A DNA stretch of 20,653 bases from a candidate division WOR-3 bacterium. Its GTDB lineage: Bacteria; Hydrothermota; Tepidihabitantia; SM23-42; JAOAFX01. A model generated the notes under the pieces. It saw only the letters and a list, made by a program, of their open reading frames with translations. It did not search any database and had not been told where the DNA came from. Location of the stretch: contig JBBILZ010000043.1 of NCBI GenBank assembly GCA_037444665.1, positions 1 to 20,653 on the forward strand, read 5' to 3'. Each line of letters opens with the position of its first letter. Position 1 is the stretch's first letter. Shown one piece after another: positions 15,246 through 20,653 of the stretch. The position numbers and the translations under genes are program-made.

Positions 15246-17891
15246 ATGAAGAAAATTTTTGTATTGTTAGTATTAATGGGCTTATGCTTAGGCTCTGATT
15301 TTATCCCCAGGGATAAGATTGAGACTATTGCCCATAAATTCGTTAATCAAAGATATGGTTCTTCGTATATACTTAAAGATGTTATCACTTATTTTGGGGT
15401 AGATGAAGAACCGAATGCCTATGGTTTTGTTTTTCAGAATCAGGAGCAAAATATCACAATAATAATGGGAGCAAGATATACTACATCACCAATCGGTGAG
15501 GTATATCAGGGGAGTCCATATTGTCAGAGGTTTTATAATCGTGCATTAGAATATTTGAGAACAAAAGCAATTGATAAATCAGAATTCAAACATTATTACT
15601 ATTTTGGAGCAGGAGAAGAGTATGCGGGTTTTGAATCAGGCGGAGAAAAACTTTTGATTAACTTAAGGAATTTCCAGATACGGACAGGCGAAGATTTGAT
15701 AAAATGTTCACCCGACCCGGTTCTTGAATCATTAACCCGTGAAAAGTGGGAACGGTATCTAAACATAAATGACTTTAGTACACGCCAGGGCGGTTATGTT
15801 GATTCTGTGCCTTTTATTGATTGGGTTTATGGCTGCTCGCCTACTGCTGCTTCAATGATATTCTGGTACTGGGATTATCGTGGTTATGGAAAACTCGTTG
15901 ACCATTTTTACACACACTGGGATACACCTGAGAATGAATGGAATGATTGTGCTAATACAAATCGGGAACTTGCTTTGGCAATGTATACTGATACTACTAC
16001 CGGTGGCACAACTATAGGTAATATCAGGCCAGGAATGATTACAGTTGCCAATTCCTATAATGGCTACTCCTGTTCTGGTTCAACATCTCCTCAGGGTGGT
16101 TCCTGGAATCAGTATAATTTTTCCTGGATAAAGACTGAAATAGATGCCCAGAGGCCCTGCCACTGGAATGTGCTCTATTACTGGTATCCACCAATGTCTG
16201 ATTACATAAATCACTCTATAACTGGTGTAGGATATGAAATTACCAGCAGTGATACATTCATAATTGTTCATACGACCTGGGATAATAATGAGCCTCTCTG
16301 GCCATTATGGACATATTATAATGGAGTATATTGTTATGATTATGTCGTAACCTTTTTACCTGGCGGTTCAAATCCAAACAATATTATTCTTGATTATCCC
16401 AGGGGTGGTGATGTTTATAATCTGCCGGTAATGTTTAAGAATCTGAAATACAGATTACGCTGGCATACTGAAGGGACTAATATTGACCATATAAAGATGT
16501 GGTGGTCAAAAGGTACTGATGCTGATGGATATGATTCTTTGCGCTGGACATTGATTGGCAATAATATTCCCAATACCGGAGAATATATCTGGACCTGTCC
16601 GTCTATCAGCTGTTCTCTCAGGGTCAATATCAGTGCACTGGATGGAAGTAATATCAGGCTTGCCGCAGATGGCAGTTTTGGTAGAATTCAGGCAAGAGAA
16701 TTGAACCATTCAGCAAATGTAAATCTCATAGGACACTATGATACACCTGGTTGGGCAAATGATGTGGTTGTTACAGGAAACTATGCCTACATCGCAGATG
16801 GCACAAATGGCTTGTTTATCATAGATGTCAGTGATTCTACACTACCTGATTATGTGAACAAGGTTAGCCTGCCTGGTAATTCAGGGACAATTATTGGAAC
16901 ATCTCAATATCTATATATTGGTGACCGTGAAGATACTTTACGAATTCTTTCTCTCTCCAACCCTACTAATCCATCACAGGTTGGGAAATTGGCTTTTACT
17001 GATGATGTGCTCGGGCTATATATATCAGGGAATATCCTTTATGTTGCAGCCCGTTCACAGGGTCTGGTCATTGTTGATGTTTCAAACCCGTCAAATCCTG
17101 TGAGCCTTGGAACATTTAATACCACAGGATTTGCCTATGATGTAGTTGTTGAAAATAATCTTGCCTTTGTTGCTGATGCTACAAAAGGTGTGCGGATAAT
17201 AGATGTCTCAACACCATCAAATCCGGTTGAAACCGGTTACTATGATACAAATGGTATTACCTATGCAGTAGCCAAATCAGGCAATTATATTTATGCAGCA
17301 GATGGCACTGCGGGTATAAAGGTTTTTGACGGTTCAAATCCGGATACGCTTTTGCTTTTGGGTTCTCTTGATACACCTGGAACAGCATCAGGCATTCAAT
17401 ACTTCAACAACCATATTTTTGTCGCTGATGGCACAATGGGTGGAATAAGGGTTATAAATGTATCTAATCCATCCGCACCTTCAGAAACAGGATATATACT
17501 TTCCCTCAGCACAGCGACTGCTCTGTATTTGAGAAATAATCTGGTCTATCTACCTGATGGCAATACTGGAATGCTTATTATTAAACAGGATATCGTAGGC
17601 ATTGATGAACGGAACACGGCAGGATTAATCAAATCACTCAGATTATTTCCACAGCCAGCAACACAGAAAAATGGTATCCATATCCATTTTGCCACGGTTA
17701 AAGAGATAGATGGCGAGATTTATGTGCTTGACATCACAGGAAGAAAGGTCTCCACAATTTATCAGGGTAGATTTTTGAAAGGGAATAATGAATTCTACTG
17801 GATACCTGATGCATTAGCAGCAGGTGTCTATTTTATATCGGTCAAAGCCAATACTGAAAAGATGTTTGGTAAGATACTTATAGTAAAATAA
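15246..17891 (+). CDS. Secreted papain-fold cysteine peptidase (C39-like/C10-like) with propeptide, Ig-like domain, LVIVD beta-propeller and T9SS type A sorting domain
   Basis: Start ATG 15246 (or GTG 15243); signal peptide; ~160-aa pro-region. Catalytic motifs VPFIDWVYGCSPTAASM (Cys 15834-15836), IKTEIDAQRP and NHSITGVGY (His 16212-16214). Seven LVIVD-type repeats. CTD VGIDE...LFPQPA...VLDITGRKV...LAAGVYFI...GKILIVK. Confidence 0.85.
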   Translation: MKKIFVLLVLMGLCLGSDFIPRDKIETIAHKFVNQRYGSSYILKDVITYFGVDEEPNAYGFVFQNQEQNITIIMGARYTTSPIGEVYQGSPYCQRFYNRALEYLRTKAIDKSEFKHYYYFGAGEEYAGFESGGEKLLINLRNFQIRTGEDLIKCSPDPVLESLTREKWERYLNINDFSTRQGGYVDSVPFIDWVYGCSPTAASMIFWYWDYRGYGKLVDHFYTHWDTPENEWNDCANTNRELALAMYTDTTTGGTTIGNIRPGMITVANSYNGYSCSGSTSPQGGSWNQYNFSWIKTEIDAQRPCHWNVLYYWYPPMSDYINHSITGVGYEITSSDTFIIVHTTWDNNEPLWPLWTYYNGVYCYDYVVTFLPGGSNPNNIILDYPRGGDVYNLPVMFKNLKYRLRWHTEGTNIDHIKMWWSKGTDADGYDSLRWTLIGNNIPNTGEYIWTCPSISCSLRVNISALDGSNIRLAADGSFGRIQARELNHSANVNLIGHYDTPGWANDVVVTGNYAYIADGTNGLFIIDVSDSTLPDYVNKVSLPGNSGTIIGTSQYLYIGDREDTLRILSLSNPTNPSQVGKLAFTDDVLGLYISGNILYVAARSQGLVIVDVSNPSNPVSLGTFNTTGFAYDVVVENNLAFVADATKGVRIIDVSTPSNPVETGYYDTNGITYAVAKSGNYIYAADGTAGIKVFDGSNPDTLLLLGSLDTPGTASGIQYFNNHIFVADGTMGGIRVINVSNPSAPSETGYILSLSTATALYLRNNLVYLPDGNTGMLIIKQDIVGIDERNTAGLIKSLRLFPQPATQKNGIHIHFATVKEIDGEIYVLDITGRKVSTIYQGRFLKGNNEFYWIPDALAAGVYFISVKANTEKMFGKILIVK
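16716..17585 (+). repeat. Seven ~42-aa LVIVD repeats (7-bladed beta-propeller)
   Basis: Units such as ANDVVVTGNYAYIADGTNGLFIIDVSD, VLGLYISGNILYVAARSQGLVIVDVSNPSNP and AYDVVVENNLAFVADATKGVRIIDVSTPSNP, at ~126-nt periodicity. Confidence 0.85.
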
Positions 17892-17905
17892 AGAAAGGAG
17901 GTGAT
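17892..17905 (+). promoter_or_regulatory. Orphan extended Shine-Dalgarno element with no suitably placed start codon
   Basis: AGAAAGGAGGTGAT is complementary to a typical 16S 3' end. It is followed by an A-rich tract without ATG. The working SD (AAGGAG) and ATG 17964 lie ~50-60 nt downstream. Confidence 0.55.
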
Positions 17906-17963
17906 AAAATAAATAAAAAAAATAAAGAAATAATTGGTTAAAGAAAAAAGAAAGGAGAGAAAA

Positions 17964-19577
17964 ATGAAAAAACTATCAATTATTCTGGTTTTTGCATGTG
18001 TTATATGGGCAATCACAGTGCCCGCAAATATTGATAAGGCAAAGATGGATGATGGTACAGGGTTCTATGACAAATCCGTACCTGTATCCACGACCCGTGA
18101 TATTATAGTTGCAGACTCATCAGCAAATGAATACTGTATGTGGACTCAACAACAGGAGTGTCTGGCATATAATCCCGGGCTTGCCTATCTTGAATTTGTC
18201 TGCAGAAATTTTGTCGTTGGCAATAATCTTGATGTCTGGCAGAGTGATAGTGCTTTTTCCTTAACCCTGACTGATGAGAATGTCTATTCTCAGCAACTCG
18301 GCGGTGGTGCACGGTATCCGAATTCAATTGCCAGTGATGATGGGTCAGGCAATGGTCCACATATTTCAGCCCCTTATCTCATCAGCGGTGCCTGGGGTGG
18401 TATGTTGGGTCAGTATGAAAGTGGTGGCTGGTTCTCTTCATTCTGGGATGAACCAGTTGACGTGGGCCAGGGTAATATCGGAACCCATAAGAATGATGGT
18501 AAGCAACTACCAAATGGAAATATTCTCTTCATCGGCGTGACTGGAACATATGATATTCTTTATCGGGTCTGGAGCCCTGATTTAGGGACATATATTGGTG
18601 GTGGCACACTCGCACCTGCAACTTCATATTTCTGGGGCTTTGACATTAATAATGGGACTGCCTATGTGTTCTATTATGATGATAATCTGAATGTCTATTA
18701 CAAGACCTCTACTGATGGTATCAACTGGAGTGCCCAGCAGACCTATAATCTGGTTTGGCCCAATCCTTTTACGAATAATGTATTTTACTGGGGTCAGATG
18801 GCAGTGACTGATGCGGGTAATCCAATCTTAGTATTTGATATAATCAATGGTGATGATGCTGATTATCCGTATGAGGGTAAGGTCTATGTTTCAACTGCTG
18901 CTGGTCAGCCCTGCACAGAGGTTGGTGTGACCACGACTGGTGCTGAGAACTTCTATCCAACAGTGGCAACGGGTGGTAATTATGTTGTGGTCCTGTTTGG
19001 TGAAACACGTAGTGGTTCAGGTCAGTATACATTCTGGGATGTTTATTACAACTATTCAGCAGATAATGGTGCGACCTGGCATACACCGATAAATCTTACG
19101 AGTGGGATAACCGACCATAACAACTGCCTCTGGCAGATTGCCAAGAGGGTTGACCCTGCAGGTAATGGGCAATTCTTCTTTGCATTCGGTTGTGCAATCT
19201 CTGACCCATTATTGGATTTATGGTATAATATCATTTGGGGTAACCCAATTGCCAGCCGCTGGTATGTTGGTCGTAATCCGATTGTGGGTATTGCTGAGAA
19301 CAAGACTGAAACACCGAAGAAACTTACACTCAATATTACACCGAATCCAGTGCGTAATCAGACCGGTATCAGCTATACCCTGCCCAAATCAGGGAATGTC
19401 TCAATCAATCTCTACAGTGCAGATGGTAGATTGGTTCAGACCATTGACCAGGGTTATAAGAATGCTGGTCTCTATACAACCACGCTTGATGCCCGCGAAC
19501 TCGCAAATGGCGCCTATATTGTTGTGCTCAAGACCGATAACAAGGCTGTTTCTGGTAAGGTGGTTGTTGCCCATTAA
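17964..19577 (+). CDS. Secreted Asp-box/BNR (sialidase-like propeller) protein with T9SS type A sorting domain
   Basis: ATG 17964 follows AAGGAG (the ORF track's TTG 17934 is unlikely). Signal peptide MKKLSIILVFACVIWA. Asp-boxes TSTDGINW and YSADNGATW. CTD VGIAE...ITPNPVRNQTGISYTLP...LYSADGRLVQT...LANGAYIVVL...GKVVVAH. Confidence 0.82.
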   Translation: MKKLSIILVFACVIWAITVPANIDKAKMDDGTGFYDKSVPVSTTRDIIVADSSANEYCMWTQQQECLAYNPGLAYLEFVCRNFVVGNNLDVWQSDSAFSLTLTDENVYSQQLGGGARYPNSIASDDGSGNGPHISAPYLISGAWGGMLGQYESGGWFSSFWDEPVDVGQGNIGTHKNDGKQLPNGNILFIGVTGTYDILYRVWSPDLGTYIGGGTLAPATSYFWGFDINNGTAYVFYYDDNLNVYYKTSTDGINWSAQQTYNLVWPNPFTNNVFYWGQMAVTDAGNPILVFDIINGDDADYPYEGKVYVSTAAGQPCTEVGVTTTGAENFYPTVATGGNYVVVLFGETRSGSGQYTFWDVYYNYSADNGATWHTPINLTSGITDHNNCLWQIAKRVDPAGNGQFFFAFGCAISDPLLDLWYNIIWGNPIASRWYVGRNPIVGIAENKTETPKKLTLNITPNPVRNQTGISYTLPKSGNVSINLYSADGRLVQTIDQGYKNAGLYTTTLDARELANGAYIVVLKTDNKAVSGKVVVAH

Positions 19578-19593
19578 CGAGCTCTCTTTCTCC

Positions 19594-19625
19594 AAAGAGG
19601 GGGCAGACTTGCCCCCTCTTTTTTT
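19594..19625 (+). terminator. Rho-independent terminator
   Basis: AAAGAGGGGGCA, loop GACT, TGCCCCCTCTTT, running into a 7-T tract; lies between convergent genes. Confidence 0.9.
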
Positions 19626-19662
19626 AAAATTTTTATAAAACCAACGGAAAAAATTGAATTAA

Positions 19663-20652
19663 CTATTTACCAATCAGTCTTAAATTTTTTATAATGGGTT
19701 GGTAATTACGAGATTTTTTAAGGCCCATTTTCCAGTATCTTCTGGCATTTGTAGTGTCGTGTAGATTGTAATGACTGATTCCAATGAGATTATAGATTTC
19801 TGCTGGAATTTCGTAACCCTGCGGATACTTTATTGCCTCTATGAAATTTTCAATTGCCCTTTGATAATCTTTTTGCTTCATATAGAGCCGTGCCAGTGAT
19901 TCATAGATTACTGGATGCGGAGAAGGTCTACTTTTTAAATATAATTCTAAGATTTCTTGAGCCTTTAATAAATCATTTTTAAGCAGGTAACAATCAGCGA
20001 GATTTATAAAAACCATTGCATCAGCATAAGGAATCATTATGCCTTTTTGAAGATAATATATCGCACTATCAACCATTCCTTCCCTTTTATACATATAACC
20101 GAGATGGTTCAATGGATAATGGAAATTGGGATTCAAATCTATAGCCTTTTTAAAGCATTCTATCGCCTTTTCTCTATTATTTATCTTGTTGAAATAGATG
20201 CCCGCAGTAAATAAAAATTCGTAGCTCAGTTCGTCATATGGTAGTGCAAAGCCGGCATTTAGATATGTTTGCATTTCTGAGAACCTTTTATTTTCAGTGA
20301 GCGCACTGATTATCTGGGTATAAGATAATGAGGCAGGTTTATGATATGGATAGCTATGCTTGAAAAATTTTATTTGTGTCAGGGGTATGAAAACTGCCAG
20401 AAGAATAATCAATTTTGTAAGATGGTCAAAATTTTTATATTTGATTGATTCAATAAATTTAATAATATAATAACCTGCAAATATACACAAAAGAGATATG
20501 ATAGGCAACCGATACCGTGATGTGACAAATATCAATATAATGGTAATTGCATAACCAAAGAATAGCAAGAGCACAAGTTGCAAGATTCTTTTTTTGCGGG
20601 TCTTTAAATCATAAAATAGTATAAAAGTAATGCTGGCAAAACTCAAGGGGAA
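19663..20652 (-). CDS. GT-C fold (ArnT/PMT, GT39-like) membrane glycosyltransferase C-terminal part with TPR repeats, 5'-truncated by the window edge
   Basis: Frame is open to the window end. TM segments with IFVTSRYRLPIISLLCIFAGY, a motif typical of ArnT/GT39-TPR proteins. About 5 TPRs, e.g. KAIECFKKAIDLNPN, NLADCYLLK and LARLYMKQKDYQRAIENFIEAIK. Confidence 0.75.
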   Translation of the reverse strand, partial: FPLSFASITFILFYDLKTRKKRILQLVLLLFFGYAITIILIFVTSRYRLPIISLLCIFAGYYIIKFIESIKYKNFDHLTKLIILLAVFIPLTQIKFFKHSYPYHKPASLSYTQIISALTENKRFSEMQTYLNAGFALPYDELSYEFLFTAGIYFNKINNREKAIECFKKAIDLNPNFHYPLNHLGYMYKREGMVDSAIYYLQKGIMIPYADAMVFINLADCYLLKNDLLKAQEILELYLKSRPSPHPVIYESLARLYMKQKDYQRAIENFIEAIKYPQGYEIPAEIYNLIGISHYNLHDTTNARRYWKMGLKKSRNYQPIIKNLRLIGK

Positions 20653-20653
20653 A

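Noticed and set aside
16716..17585. Periodic DNA similarity suggesting a CRISPR or other non-coding repeat array
   Set aside because: Fully explained by in-frame LVIVD protein repeats; there are no identical direct repeats with unique spacers.
17964..19577. Calling the Asp-box protein a true sialidase
   Set aside because: Only two Asp-boxes are visible and there is no clear FRIP/RIP catalytic motif. Asp-boxes occur in many non-sialidase propellers.
558..19595. Many short antisense and alternate-frame ORFs (e.g. 1878..2306 -, 5049..5534 -, 9662..10093 -, 13174..13524 -)
   Set aside because: They lie within or largely overlap well-supported + strand genes and show no recognisable motifs. They are typical shadow ORFs.
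19138..19638. 166-aa alternate-frame + strand ORF overlapping the end of the Asp-box gene
   Set aside because: It overlaps a clear CTD in the main frame, runs through the terminator hairpin and has no protein-like features.
1..20653. Recoding (selenocysteine, stop readthrough, frameshifts), RNA genes, IS elements or prophage genes
   Set aside because: All main ORFs are intact under the standard code and end at natural family C-termini. No tRNA/rRNA-like sequence, transposase, integrase or terminal inverted repeats were recognised.

Overview
AT-rich bacterial window with canonical TTGACA/TATAAT promoters, strong AGGAGG Shine-Dalgarno (SD) sites and T9SS-type C-terminal sorting domains (CTDs). 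This combination suggests a non-Bacteroidetes, FCB-affiliated lineage such as candidate WOR-3 (inference). Eighteen co-oriented + strand genes fall into five blocks. (1) Three uncharacterised membrane proteins, tightly coupled to a DUF4388/PatA-N protein and two Roadblock/MglB-like proteins, with no GTPase in view. (2) Two small paralogous 3-TM proteins separated by a long imperfect hairpin. (3) exbB-exbD-exbD-tonB behind a consensus promoter. (4) Behind a near-identical promoter, a lipoprotein, an Oar-like (non-SusC) TonB-dependent transporter (TBDT), a 986-aa CTD-tagged protein and a PorV/PorQ-family barrel. (5) Two more CTD-tagged proteins: a papain-fold cysteine peptidase with a 7-bladed LVIVD propeller, and an Asp-box protein. 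An intrinsic terminator follows, then a convergent, 5'-truncated GT-C/ArnT-like TPR membrane protein. The best candidate for an undescribed system is the Ton motor + lipoprotein + Oar-like TBDT + CTD protein + cognate PorV cassette, which could be a SusD-free uptake machine or a TonB-powered export route. Other notable signals are strong D-(S/T)-hydrophobic (putative O-glycosylation) enrichment in two exported proteins and start-codon-less SD elements in mRNA leaders. No rRNA, tRNA, CRISPR or transposase was seen. All domain calls are by eye from motifs; no searches were run.
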